This document shows, in pieces, positions 24,869 through 38,737 of a stretch of DNA of 64,000 bases. The position numbers and the translations under genes are program-made. This DNA comes from Eledone cirrhosa. Lineage: Eukaryota. Within the stretch, counting starts at the first letter, position 1. Each line of letters opens with the position of its first letter. The stretch covers positions 36,642,001 through 36,706,000 of the forward strand of contig OZ024756.1 in the NCBI GenBank assembly GCA_964016885.1, read 5' to 3'. The notes beneath the pieces are model-generated. The model made no database searches. It was not told the origin of the DNA and saw only the letters and a program-made list of their open reading frames with translations.

Positions 24869-25868
24869 TATATATATATATATATATATACATTAGGTAG
24901 TGAAATAGTGCCTTCGTTGTATTTTTGAATAAATAAATCTTAACTATAATAAAGGAAGGTCTGTGGGACGGCGTCCAGAATATATTTTTATACTCCGTTT
25001 GTAAAATAAGTTGGATTACTTTGAATAAATAATGAATGAATATTACATAATTTATGTGGTAAATTTTGTGGCTGTTGATTAAATACATTTTATAGCTTAT
25101 TTAAAGATTAACTTCTTTAACATTTTCAAATGTCAACACTTCCGGTGAGCTGCTGTTATATTATTACACTTATAAAAATATCACATATATTTCCGTCGCT
25201 AATTTTCTGCTAATGCAGTTTATATATTATATCGTCTTTTTTTAAATGTATCATGGATTACTTTACTGATTACAGAAGACAGTGTAACATAGTCTTCGTT
25301 CAATTTTGTGTATATTGGCAATTACGATTTTATTTGATCATATCTACATGTATATATACTCATATCTACATGCATCTATATGTGTGTATAATATTAATAT
25401 ACACACTACACACGCTAGCAGAAAACCACCCGAGAGGTGGTTTTTCTGCTAGTGAGTCTAATAATTGGAGTTATAAAAACCCACAAAATGAATAAGCATT
25501 GACAAACATGATACACAACCCACATCTCTGACTACAACGGCCATTGTTTTACCATTACACCAATACGTTATCCACACAAATTTCCATTCAATTTGAAGCT
25601 ATGCAATCATAGCGTATGAATACATATATATAAGATACAAAGATTTTAGTTTTTGTTTACAAACAGCGAAGAATTTGAAACTAGATAGTGAAATAGTGCC
25701 TGTGGGTTTTTATAACTCCAATTATTAGGCTAATTTATTTAGTCAAAAATACAACGTATTGGTGTGATGGTAACACAACGTATTGGTGTAATGGTAACAC
25801 AATATATTGGTGTAATGGTAACATAATGGCCGTGGTAACCAGAGATGTGGATTCGTGTCGCCTGTACG

Positions 25869-26146
25869 TCAATGTTCATTCATTTTTCCATTCTGTGGAA
25901 GATACAAAGCGTTTATATATTATATATAATATATATATACAATCCTTCTCACTTTATACTGTTTTTCATCAGATGTATCACATGTCTTGTTAATTATTCC
26001 TTCCTGGATTATCTTTCCTTTATCGTAAGATTCTGACACTGAAGATGGAGTTCCAATCACAGAATGGGGGTTGGTCTTGTCTGCTGCTGTTGAAATATAT
26101 ACATATATAGATATATATGTGTACACACACACACATTATATATCTA

Positions 26147-26190
<44 letters not shown>

Positions 26191-28869
26191 AAGAGAGAAA
26201 CGAACAGACATGAAGCTGCATTAACATATATATTTGTACATACACAGAAATAAACATAACAACTATAGTGATAGTTCCTGCTCGATGTAGTCTTAACGAA
26301 GCTAATTTCTTCCAGGGAAAGAAACGAAGTGAAGTAAGAAAGATCTATAGAGGAATAGTTACCCTAGAATTGGGTTAGTAATTTTTTATTGGCTTCGAAA
26401 GAAAAACAAACTTCATCGCGACAGGATTTAAAGTCAACAATCTTTCTACATCTCTTTACCAGACACTAAGTATAGAGTTTACCGGGAGAGGTTTAACAAA
26501 GAGATACTTCCATAATAGGAGAAATCACTGTTGTCTCCCTTTTTGTAAATTGGGATTATCACTCCCGATTGCCATTGTTTAGGCGCTTTTCCAGAGATCC
26601 AGGTCACTCAGCTTACACGAGTCAGCCGGAGAATATACCTTCTCTATTTAAGACTTTTAACTCTTACTTCTATTTATTTACCCGAAAATATAATGAAACG
26701 TGAAAAACATAAAGAAACGCAAAGAATCTCACCTATATCTGCTTTGTTTACCACATCTTTGCAGGTATATTGCAAGGGTCGGCAAAGTGCTCCCAAAACG
26801 ACAAAGTTCAGAAGTAAACCCGATATAAGGAGTAAGGTACTGCTCAGTCCATAAAACCGTAAGAGATAATCACAAATCAAGCTTCCCAGCATTATGCCAC
26901 ACCCTCCTCCACAATAGACCAGTCCTATGGCCAATGCACGCTTCTTATTAAAGTAGGATCCAGTTATAATCAGAAAGGTAAAATAGGTCATTCCAAGAGA
27001 CACACCTGCAAAATAATGAAAAAAATTTCAAAATTTCAAATTCAGTTTTAGAAAATATTATTAGAATATTACTTGTGACATTATGACAATAAGTTAAGAT
27101 AAAAAGGGTTGTATTGTGAGCAAGATGTGACGCTAGAGCCCTTGCTTTTTTTTCCTTTTCCGTTTTCATAACTTAACATCCTAATCTGCAATGATGACAT
27201 GACATTAAATGTTAAAGTCTTTACTGTAATACTGCATATTTCTACACAGATCTATCCATTTATACATTGGTTCTGCCTGATTCAATTATCATAGCATTGA
27301 GATAAAATAAATGAATAAAACATTATACAAAATAACTTATGACATAAAATGTGTCTAAGATGTTAAATGTATAAACTTATGACATAAACTAGTGATATAA
27401 AATGATGTAAATATATATTACAGATGAGATATCTTACCTGAAATGAGGCCATATGTTACTATCATCATATCACTACTGGTAGAAAATACTCCTAAAATGG
27501 CTCCTGTGAATCCAATAAGTCCTGATAATATCAACACTGTCCTATGACTAAAGTAAGCCAACAAAATACTGGCAACTGGAGCTGAAGATATAATATGATA
27601 AAGAATAATAAGTATAGTCGTGTGGATAGGATGACATGGTTTGGTTTACGGCATGAAATGGAGACTGCAATATATGTTTCGAACAGGTCTCTCCACCCAA
27701 GACCTGGAAGCCTCCCTTGTTAACCCACGCGAAGCACGGTGCGGTATGATTTTTCTTTCTTTTCTTTACCATATTGCAGTTTCGATAGTTTTATTCACGT
27801 CAGTCACCAATTTGGTACTTTGTCAAACCCGCGAAGACTGGGCTTATTTAGAGGCGGCCTTTACTTGCCTCATCGCAGCTACGTTCCTGGGTTGTGAGAT
27901 ATTGTAAGACAGGATAGTTTATTTTGAACGAAGAAAAACAAAATGTATCTAAATATGTTATTAAATATGCTTGGCGGGCACGCAAGACGAAGAACATGTT
28001 TTTTCCTGTAGCATATCACATAAACGGAAACTCATCCGAAGAAATCCCACCTATACCAGCAACAAATGCATCTTGGATTGCATATGGGCCGCCATAGAAA
28101 TAATTATAATCAATAAACGCTTTATGTAAACAGCATCTTTCTTGTAAATGTTATTCTTATATATAAGAAGCTTTCGTCATATTTTTTGACTAAAGAAAAT
28201 TTAGAACCCCTCTAAAAATTGTAAGAGATGAGTATCGACGTACATGGGAGTTGAACCCACATCTCTGGTTATCCAAACCACTGTTCTACAATTAAACCAA
28301 CACATAACCCATCCATCTCCTTCCAATCAAATTATAAGCTACATTCTGAGCAAGTATAATGATAACTAAGTATTTATGAAACAGCAAGCGAGTTTGAATG
28401 TACGTCAATACTCATTTTTTGCCATTTCTTAGAGGGCTCTAAACTCCACTATCAGGCTAAAATACTCCCTATAATCATGAAGGTGTTGACCCAGTTGACC
28501 TAGTTAACCCAGTGACCCAGTGGGTTTCAGCCCAGCATTTAATTGTTCCAATGAATGACATCAGTAAAAAGAAAATAAGTAAAAATTATAAAGGTAAAAA
28601 CGTGAAAATGTACCTGCAAGTAAACTAAGTCCATTTATCAGAGCTCCAACTAAGGACAGTTTCCCAATGGATTCCTCATAAAAGATTCTTTTGAGGCTAA
28701 CGAGAAATATTCCTATAGAACTCGTTAAAGCAAGAACAATAAAATAGGCACAGGCTGCAGCAAAACATACCACCCATCCCCAACCTCCATCTGGTATCAC
28801 TGGTTCTTTTTGGTGGCAATTTTTCACATCTTTAACAATTGTTTCTTGTTTTGTCGATTGAGAGGGCAT
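25869..28869 (-). CDS. SLC16-like copy C (TM1-6; predicted 276 aa). Exons 28869-28614, 27581-27438, 27005-26733, 26086-25953, 25892-25869
   Basis: Same exon sizes and phases as copy A; open frame; GT-AG sites intact (first donor GTACAT). Confidence 0.8.
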
Positions 28870-30082
28870 GTTGGGAAGGTATTTTACTGAAAATATTTGA
28901 GAAAACAAAAAAAACAAAAAAAAACATTATTTTGTGGTGGATTGGCAAAATCAGTAGAACGTCGGACAACATGCTTAGTGGCATAGAGTTATGGCCTATT
29001 AAGTTCTTCTAGATATACATACATTTATATGTATGAGTATATAACTATAATCGCACAAACACAGACACACAAAAATACACTCACGGACATACATTCACAC
29101 AAATACACATATTTTCACACAAACACATACATTCCCACAAACACATACATAGATTCACACAAATATATATATCTTCACACAAAGACATACATACATTCAC
29201 ACAAATATACATACTTTCACACAAACACATACATTCCCACAAACTGATTTTTTTCTTCTAATATATAGGGAACAATTTCATTCCCCGGCAACACCGGGTG
29301 CCTCTGCAGGCTAGTTATAAAATGGATAAACATTATCTGATCAAGAAACAATAGATCAATAAATTGATTATAGATTATATTGATTATCTTAACGTTACCT
29401 TGTGAATAAGAAGATAGAGTTGAAGTTACGTAGAGAGGAACCTGGTGTTGCTTCAAAGTTGATATCTTACTAGGTTTTCATCTGTGTCTGTTTAGATAAA
29501 CAGTCATTATCCTGTTGTGTATTTAAAGCATTTGTCTGTGAATGTAACTATTCCATATTTAATTAATAGGCTTAATTATTTGATTTGCTTGTGCATGTAG
29601 TTCAATTTATTCAAAATTATATTTACTCTCAGTATTTAAATATTATTGAGATAATTTCGTGAGAGTACATTAATTATGTACGTTTATCTTTTATGCTGCA
29701 ACTCCCGCTGTAGTATAAAGCTTAATGGTCACCAAAGCTTTGAGAATAAATACTTATAAATATTCCTGTAACATCTTCAGACCAGTCAAATCTCCCCGTC
29801 CGACGGGGAGATATCTAACCCACTTTGGGGTGGGTGAGAGATGTCTTCTCTTGTGAGAATGGGTATCTAATTCTAAAGTCTAAAGTCTGTTTTAAGCCAA
29901 AAGGCTCATTGGGCTGGTGCTTATCCCAATTTCATGGCGAGAAGCGAGTGAGAGTTCAAAACAACCCCCTGGACAGGACGCCAGTTCATCGCAGGGTTTA
30001 ACCCCCAGCTACTGCTGGTACCCATTTTCAGCTATTGCTGGTACCCATTTTCAGCTGAGTATACTGGAGTATACTGGTTACA

Positions 30083-31550
30083 GCGACATTTATCTACAAC
30101 AGGGCACTCATTGATATCGAGGACGCCCTCCTCGACATGGGTGGCAGTGAGTTGGCGACGTATGGCTTGCCGTCAACCATCAAAGAGGAAGCTAAGACGT
30201 TGGCCCCGGGAAATAGCATATGACATCGAATCTCTTTCCCAATACTTAGAGGAAAATGAGCCCAAACTTCTGTCGGACCAAAAGTTGGCCTATTTAACTA
30301 TCATTGACGCGTTTCAAAATTAGACTGGGGGTATTTACTTTCTCGATGCTCCTGGGAGTACCGGAAAAACTTTTGTAACGAAATTTATTCTCGCTAAGAT
30401 TCGTCAGGAGAGAAAAATTGCGTTGGCCATTGCATCGTCCGGGATTGCTGCTACTTTGCTGCCGAGAGGCAGGACAGCACATTCAACCTTTAAACTCCCC
30501 TTGGATTTATTAAAAATTGAGACACCAACATGCAATATCAGCAAGAGTTCACACGAAGCTCTGGTTCTCAAAAAATGTTGCCTCATTGTTTGGGATGAGT
30601 GCACAATGGCACACAAGGGTGCCCTTGATGCATTGGACTGGGCCCTGAAAGACATTAGGGATTCTACGGCTCCTATGGGTGGCGTAACCCTTCTGCTATC
30701 AGGGGATTTTCGGCAAACGCTGCCTGTAATTCCCAAAGGGACAAGAGCTGATGAAGTGCGTGCCTGCCTTAAGTCGTCCATGTTGTGGCTCCAGGTGAAG
30801 AGTTTGTACCTGAGCACAAATATGCGTGCTCATTTGCATGGTGACAACATGTCTGGAGTATTTGCTCAGAACATTTTAGCACTTGGTGAGGGCAAGGTCC
30901 CTGCGGATGAAAAGGGTGGCATAGCAATCGACTCCCTGTGCAACATTGTGAGCAGCCCTTCTGACCTTTGGGAAGCAGTTTTTCCTAATGCCTCATCTAA
31001 CTTTAAAAACCTCGATTGGCTCAGCGAAAGAGCCATCCTTGCTCCGAAAAATACCATGGTTAATTTTATTAACGAGCAGCTGATTGAGAAGATTCCCGGT
31101 AAAGAACACATCTTCAAATCTATCGACCGGACGTCAAATCCCGACGATATCGTTAATTATCCGGTTGAGTTATTAAATTCCTTTGAGCCCCCAGGGCTCC
31201 CACCTCACATTCTTAAGCTTAGGGTTGGCTGTCCCATTATGCTAATAAGGAACGTGCGTCCACCAAAGCAGTGCAACAGTACTCGCATGGTCGTCAAGCC
31301 ACTGACGCCCCACTTGATTGAGACCACCATTGTAACGGGGTGCGGGAGAGGGGAGATTGTTTTCATTCCAAGGATGAACCTTTTCCCCTCCGCGTCAGAT
31401 ATCCCGTTCGATTTCCGGCGATCCCAATTCCTGGTGAGACCATGTCTTGCCATGTCCATTAACAAGTCACAAGGGCAAACATTGTCGGTGGCGGGCATCC
31501 ATTTGGTGGAGCCATGCTTCTCCCATGGCCAACTTTATGTTCCCTGTTAT
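30083..31550 (+). mobile_element. Helitron RepHel fragment: PIF1-family helicase with one in-frame stop (TAG 30321-30323)
   Basis: FLDAPGSTGKTF, ASSGIAATLL, IVWDECTM, SGDFRQTLPV, TNMR, MSINKSQGQTL, FSHGQLYV; ORFs 30111 and 30423 are in the same frame. Confidence 0.9.
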
Positions 31551-31591
31551 GCTTTTTCGACTGCAGATATGCATAATATTTATACGAATAA

Positions 31592-32350
31592 CACCGTGTA
31601 ACAAAAAAATTGTTTTTCTCTGTTCCTGGCTTGTAATCACTTTTTTGGTGTTGCTTAGGTCCCAAATAAATTTTTAAAAAAAGTGCTATTAAACAGTTAA
31701 AAGCTATTCACTAGAATTATTTACGTTGTATGTAAGTTTAATTTGTTTATGTTAAATGTTTTATTTTATATGTGTTTCAGGTTGAATTAAAATTATAAAA
31801 TAAAGAGTAATAAGAAAATTATAAAAGTGCAATAAAGTATAAAATTGTTAAAAAGTGGATTAAAGAGATTTATTGATACTGGGGTACCAGAAAAAGTTCC
31901 TCACTTCCCAAACCAAAAAGAAGTCAATGACTTGGTCAGGGATATGGGTCTGATCAAGTTCAATGCAGAGCTATTCGTCTCCAGGATGAAGCAGTGGAAC
32001 TTGGTCAAGGAGGAAGTGCAGGTGACAAGTCAGAGAAGTCGACACGAACCTTTCTCAAGGTTTTACACTCTTAGGGATGGCCTCTGCTTCTGCCATGACG
32101 TACCTGGACTGTTTGACGTTATTGAGTGCCGTTTGAGCCCAAGGATTGGATGCCGTTTGTGCCCTGTTGATTTAATTATATGAACTGATACATTTTAAAA
32201 AATGTGTTTTTTCTTGAAAAAATATGAAAGTTTCGAAATATCAAACTCCTGACCACAAACCCAAACTTCTGATTAAATAATAGTGGGTTTTTTTTAATAA
32301 TGGGATATAACAAACCAGTAAATGACTCTTAGAACCGGGGAACAAAAAAA
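31592..32350 (+). mobile_element. Deleted DNA-transposon remnant, possibly Chapaev/CMC-like (partial copies ~58610-58990 and ~60162-60630)
   Basis: NDLVRDMGL.K.NAELFVSRMKQWNLV...DGLCFCHDVPGLF resembles a widespread animal transposase N-terminus; begins CAC.GTGTAAC; weak inverted ends. Superfamily assigned from memory. Confidence 0.5.
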
Positions 32351-35300
32351 ATATAGAAGAGGAAGAAAATTTATTAGTTTTTACATACATATTTAGAGAG
32401 GAGAGTTCATGTCTCTGTCGGTGTTTGTCCTTCCTTGTTAGTTGACTGACTGAAATAGTAGTTTTAATTTTTGGGGGTTTTGACTGGTAGTAGTAGGGGG
32501 AGACGGAGAAGTGGTGTGGGGAAGAAGAAGAAGGATAGAGGTGTAGTAGCAATCTTTCACAAATGGCTAGACAGGCGAGATGGGATTGGTTTGAATGATT
32601 GTGTGACTTAAGATTTAATCAGGAAGGTGATTCTTTCAAGATATTTTTAGAAACAAATGTGATAGCAGGTTTAACAAGTTGAAAATTAGATCATAAATTA
32701 TTTAATAAAATACACTAGATATAAAACAATGACAATTTAATTTATAACCAAATTGAACTCTACCAGGCTCCTCTCTAACATATCATAAAATAATTTCTTA
32801 TTACTATTCGGAAAACTTGAAAAGATAGTGTGGGTGGATCATGGCATCAATATTAAGGCCTGCATTCCGAGTGCTCTGTTGTATTCTTCGGAGACGTGGA
32901 CAGTACATCGTAGACACCTTAGTTTGATTGAACACTTTAATCAAAAATGTTTAAGACGAATCCCAAACATAAAATGGCAACACACAAATACCCGACTCAC
33001 AAATCCTTATAGATGCTGGTTGCACGAGCATTGAATATACCATCATATCCTCTGAAATACGTTGGGTAGGCCATGTTGTGCGCATGAATGAGGAAAGACT
33101 CCCAAAACTATTTTACAGACAATTGCACTCTGGGAAACGCCCTCAAATGAGGCAAAATGGGGAGATTTTACATAATGAAGGCTATACCCATTTTCACAAG
33201 AGAAGACATCTCTCACCCACCCCAAAATGGGTTGGATATCTCCATGTCGGATGGGGAGATTTGACTGGTCTGAAGATGTTACATGAATATTTATAAGTAT
33301 TCATTCTCAAAGTTTTGGTGACCTTTAAGCTATAGTGACCTTTGGTGAGCTTTATACTATAACGGGAGTTGCAACTACGAAGTCTTGCTTATGTCAGCAT
33401 AAAGATAAAACTTACTTAACTAATGTACTCTCACGAAATAATATTTAAATACTGAGAGTAAATATAATTGGAATAAATTAAATCATATACACACTCAAAT
33501 AAATAATTAAGGTTATTAATTCAACACGTAAGGCTTTCTTAGAGAAATGATCACAACAAGATAATGACTGTTTATCTAAACAGAAACAGATGAAAACCTA
33601 GTAAGATATCAACTTTGAAGCAACACCAGATTCCTCTTTACGTAACTTCAACTCTATCTTCTTATTCACAAGGTAATGTTGTGATAATCTATATAATCTA
33701 TAATCTATTTATTGATATATTGCTTCTTGATCACATAATGTTTATCCATTTTATAACAAACTAACAGAGGCACCCGGCGTTACCCGGGAATGAAGTTGTT
33801 CCTTATATATTAGAAGAAAAAATCAGTTTGTGGGAATGTATGTGTTTGTGTGAAAGTATGTGTAATTGTGTGAATTAAAATAACAATCTACTTCCATTAC
33901 AACGATAATTTATTATTAATATATATATATCATGTTTAACTAGAGTTATTACAAGCGTTGCCTTAAAAAAATATTAAACTAGACCTGAAAAATGCGCAAG
34001 CTCAAAAGAACCACAGAATGTTATAATAAACCTTCAAAAGTGTGGGACTAGAGTTGTTGCACAAAAATATTGTAATCATTATCTATCGTACACCCTGTGG
34101 CATCCTTTTATAAAAAAGAGACTCATAACGAACTCAAGACGACACGATAATTATTTAAGTGAATTTATAATATAGAATTCGGTTTAAGTGCATATCGTAT
34201 TAATCATTACTAAACATCTAATATGAGATATTGAACATTAGCTTAAATAATTATCGTGTGTTCTTGAGTTCGTTATGAGTCTCTTTTTTATAAAAGGGTT
34301 CCACAGAGTGTACGATAGATAATGATTACAATATTTTTAAGCACCAACTCTAGTCCCACACTTTTGAAGGTTTATTATAACATTCTGTGGCTGTTTTGAG
34401 CTTGCGTATTTTTCAGGTCTAGTATATAATTCAACATTTGTCAATTTTGAGCACTTAGCGTTTCTTAGTTTTGAAGCTACTAAAAGTTTTGTGATGGAAA
34501 CATTATGGCTGTTACTGTACATGCATATGAAATTATGTTTTCACACGAATTTATCTCATGTTCTTGAGAATGCACTTTACAAAATGATAGCAGGTTTAAC
34601 AAGTAGAAACCAAATGATAGCAGGTTTAACAAGTTGAAAATTAGATCATAAATTATTTAATAAAATACACTAGATATAAAACAATGACAATTTAGTTTAT
34701 AACCATATTGAACTCTACCAGGCTCCTCTCTAACATATCATAAAATAATTTCTTATTACTATTCGGAAAACTTGAAAAGATAGTGTGGGTGGATCATGGC
34801 ATCGATATCAAGGCCTGCATTCCGAGTGCTGTGTTGTATTCTTCGGAGACGTGGACAGTACATCGTAGACACCTTAATTTGATTGAACACTTTAATCAAA
34901 AATGTTTAAGACGAATCCAAAACATAAAATGGCAACACACAAATACCCGACTCACAAATCCTTATAGATGCTGGTTGCACGAGCGCATTGAATCTACCAT
35001 CATATCTTCTGAAATACGTTGGGTAGGCCATGTTGTGCGCATGAATGAGGAAAGACTCCCAAAACTATTTTACAGACAATTGCACTCTGGGAAACGCCCT
35101 CAAATGAGGCAAAATGGGGAGATTTTACATAATGAAGCCTATACCCATTTTCACAAGAGAAGACATCCCTCACCCACCCCAAAATGGGTTGGATATCTCC
35201 ATGTCGGATGGGGAGATTTGACTGGTCTGAAGATGTTACATGAATATTTATAAGTATTCATTCTCAAAGCTTTGGTGAGCTCTAAGCTATAGTGACCTTT

Positions 35301-36154
35301 GGTGAGCTTTATACTATAACGGGAGTTGCAACTACGAAGTCTTGCTTATGTCAGCAAAAAGATAAAACTTACTTAACTAATGTACTCTCACGAAATAATA
35401 TTTAAATACTGAGAGTAGATATAATTGGAATAAATTAAATCATATGCACACTCAAATAAATAATTAAAGTTATTAATTCAACACGTAAGGCTTTCTTAGA
35501 GAAATGATCTAAATACACAACAAGATAATGACTGTTTCTCTAAACAGACACAGATGAAAACCTAGTAAGATATCAACTTTGAAGCAACACCAGATTCCTC
35601 TTTACGTAACTTCAACTCTATCTTCTTATTCACAAGGTAATGTTGTGATAATCTATATAATCTATAATCTATTTATTGATATATTGCTTCTTGATCACAT
35701 AATGTTTATCCATTTTATAACAAACTAACAGAGGCACCCGGCGTTGCCCGGGAATGAAGTTGTTCCTTATATATTAGAAGAAAAAATCAGTTTGTGGGAA
35801 TGTATGTGTTTGTGTGAAAGTATGTGTATTTGTGTGAATGTATGTATGTGTTTGTGTGAAAGTATGTGTATTTGTGTGAATGTATGTATGTGTTTGTGTG
35901 AAAGTATGTGTATTTGTGTGAATATATGTCATTTTGTGTGTCTGTGTTTGTGCGATTATAGTTATATACTCATACATATAAATGTATGTATATCCAAAAG
36001 AACGTAAAAGGCGATAACTCTATGCTGCTAAGCATGTTGTCCAACGCTCTACTGATTTTGCCAATCCACCGCCCTACCTTCCACCACAAAATAATAACGT
36101 TTTCTTTTGTTTTTGTTGTTTTCTCAAATATTTTCAGTAAAATACCTTCCCAAC

Positions 36155-37587
36155 ATGCCCTCTCAATCGACAAAACAAGAAACAATTGTTAAAGATGTGG
36201 AAAAATTACCACCAGAGGGAACCAGTGATACCAGATGGAGGTTGGGGGTGGGTGGTATGTTTTGCTGCAGCCTGTGCCTATTTTATTTTTGTTAGTTTAA
36301 CGAGTTCTATAGGAATATTTCTCGTTAGCCTCAAAAGAATCTTTTATGAGGAATCCGTGGGGAAACTGTCCTTAGTTGGAGCTCTGATAAATGGACTTAA
36401 TTTACTTGCATGTAAAGTTTCATGTCTTTACCTTTGTAATTTTTACTTATTTTCTTTTTACCAATTTCATTCATTGGAACAATTAAATGCTGGGCTGGGT
36501 CACACTGGGTTATTGGGTCAACTGGGTCGACTGGGTCAACTGAGTCAACACCTTCATGATTATATATAGAGAGAGAGTATTTTAGCCTGATAGTGGGGTT
36601 TAGAGCCCTCTAAGAAATGGCAAAAGATGATTGACGTACATTCAAACTCGCTTGCTGTTTCATAAATACTTATTTGTCATTATACTTGATCAGAATGTAG
36701 CTTATAATTTGATTGGAAGGAAATGGATGGGTTATGTGTTGGTGTAATGGTCTCACAGTGGTCTGAATAACCAAGGTTGTGGGTTTAACTCCAATGTCAA
36801 TACTCATCTTTTACCATTTCTTAGAGGGTTCTAAACCCCACTATCAGGCCAAATTTTCTTTAGTAAAAACATACGACGAAAGCTTCTTATATATAAAAAT
36901 AACATTTACAAGAAAGATGCTATTTACATAAAGCGTTTATTCATTATAATTATTTCTATGGCGGCCCATATGGAATCCAAGATGCAGTAGTTGCATTCGT
37001 TGTTGGTATAGGTGGGATTTCCTCAGATGAGTTTCCGTTTATGTGATATGCTACAGGAAAAAACATGTTCTTCGTCTTGCAAGCCCAATAAGCAAGGTTT
37101 GCGGGTTTGACAAAGTACCAGATTGGTGACTGACGTGAATAAAACTATCGAAACTGCAACATGGTGAAGAAAACAAAGAAAAATCATACCGCACCGTTCT
37201 TCGCGTGGGTTAACAAGGGAGGCTTCCAGATCTTGGGTAGAGAGACCTGTTCGAAACATATATTGCAGTTTCCATTTCATCCCGTAAAAACTGGCGATTG
37301 GCCTGCGACCTGTCCTGGGAGGCATAGGATGGACGTACAAAGGTTGAGTAGGTTGCGTGTTTGAACCTCGAAATATTGAACCAAACCATGTCATCTTATC
37401 CACACGACTATACTTATTATTCTTTATCACATTATATCTTCAGCTCCAGTTGCCAGTATTTTGTTGGCTTACTTTAGTCATAGGACAGTGTTGATATTAT
37501 CAGGACTTATTGGATTCACAGGAGCCATTTTATGAGTATTTTCTACCAGTAGTGATATGATGATAGTAACATATGGCCTCATTTCAG
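36155..37587 (+). pseudogene. SLC16-like copy D: exons 36155-36411, 37444-37587
   Basis: Same exon-1 frameshift as copy B; TGA at 37533-37535; sequence jumps to another block at ~37786 before exon 3. Confidence 0.85.
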
Positions 37588-37971
37588 GTAAGATATCTCA
37601 TCTGTAATATATATTTACATCATTTTATATCACTAGTTTATGTCATAATTTTATACATTTAACATCTTAGACACATTTTATGTCATAAGTTATTTTGTAT
37701 AATGTTTTATTCATTTATTTTATCTCAATGCTATGATAATTGAATCAGGCAGAACCAATGTATAAATGGATAGATCTGTGTAGAAAACGTATGAGACCGA
37801 CGGCAGAGCTCAAGCCGTTTCGACGGCTATTTCTGGACTGCGTCGAAACGGCTTGAGCTGTGCCGTCGGGGTCACACTTTTTCCTATTTCCCACTCTACT
37901 ACCCTAAGTACTACATAAAATAATAGGTGTAAGTCAAACGTGTTAAAGTTGGTTTCTTTTATTCTAATTCG

Positions 37972-38024
37972 CTGCTATATACATTTCAGTGACAGCCATT
38001 ACATGCTGTGATCTCATCAGGCAG
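37972..38024 (-). ncRNA. Hammerhead motif, duplicate of 12964-13016
   Basis: Same core and stems. Confidence 0.55.
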
Positions 38025-38140
38025 TACGAATTAAGGCAGAAAAAACAGGAAAACATGATGTTGTAATGTGTTCTACCATGTTAATTTATTGATAAGTCCA
38101 GCTCCTGGGTGTGTTGTTAGTTTTCAAAGGAACTGAAATC

Positions 38141-38250
<110 letters not shown>

Positions 38251-38737
38251 CAATATAGATACACACATACAAATAGATACACATACATATCAAAACACAA
38301 ACACACATACATATCAATTCAGATATGTGTATTAAATATCAACATAAACATACATATCATTATATAGACACATATATAGCATTATAGGCCTATAAGATAG
38401 AGATAAAAGAAACATATTTATAGATACACAAATATCAATACATACAAATGTATACCAATGTAGACACAAATACCAACATGGCCATACTTATATACCAATA
38501 TAGACACATACATATAATATAGATATATTCTCACACATGCAGACACACACACACCAAGTGTCATATGTTCTTATGTCAAGACCCTTCATTACTAACAAGG
38601 GAGGTAATACAGTACCTTAAGTACAATACATTCTCATGTTGAGAGTCGTTAATATTGACAGGGGAGGTAATACAGTAACTTAAGTAGGGTTGTCTCATAT
38701 CTAGTCTTCAATATTGACAAGGGAGGTAATACGGTAA

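Noticed and set aside
30423-31601. Host PIF1 helicase gene
   Set aside because: It is intronless, has a stop before Walker A, is truncated at the C-terminus and has Helitron-type motifs; it is a transposon remnant.
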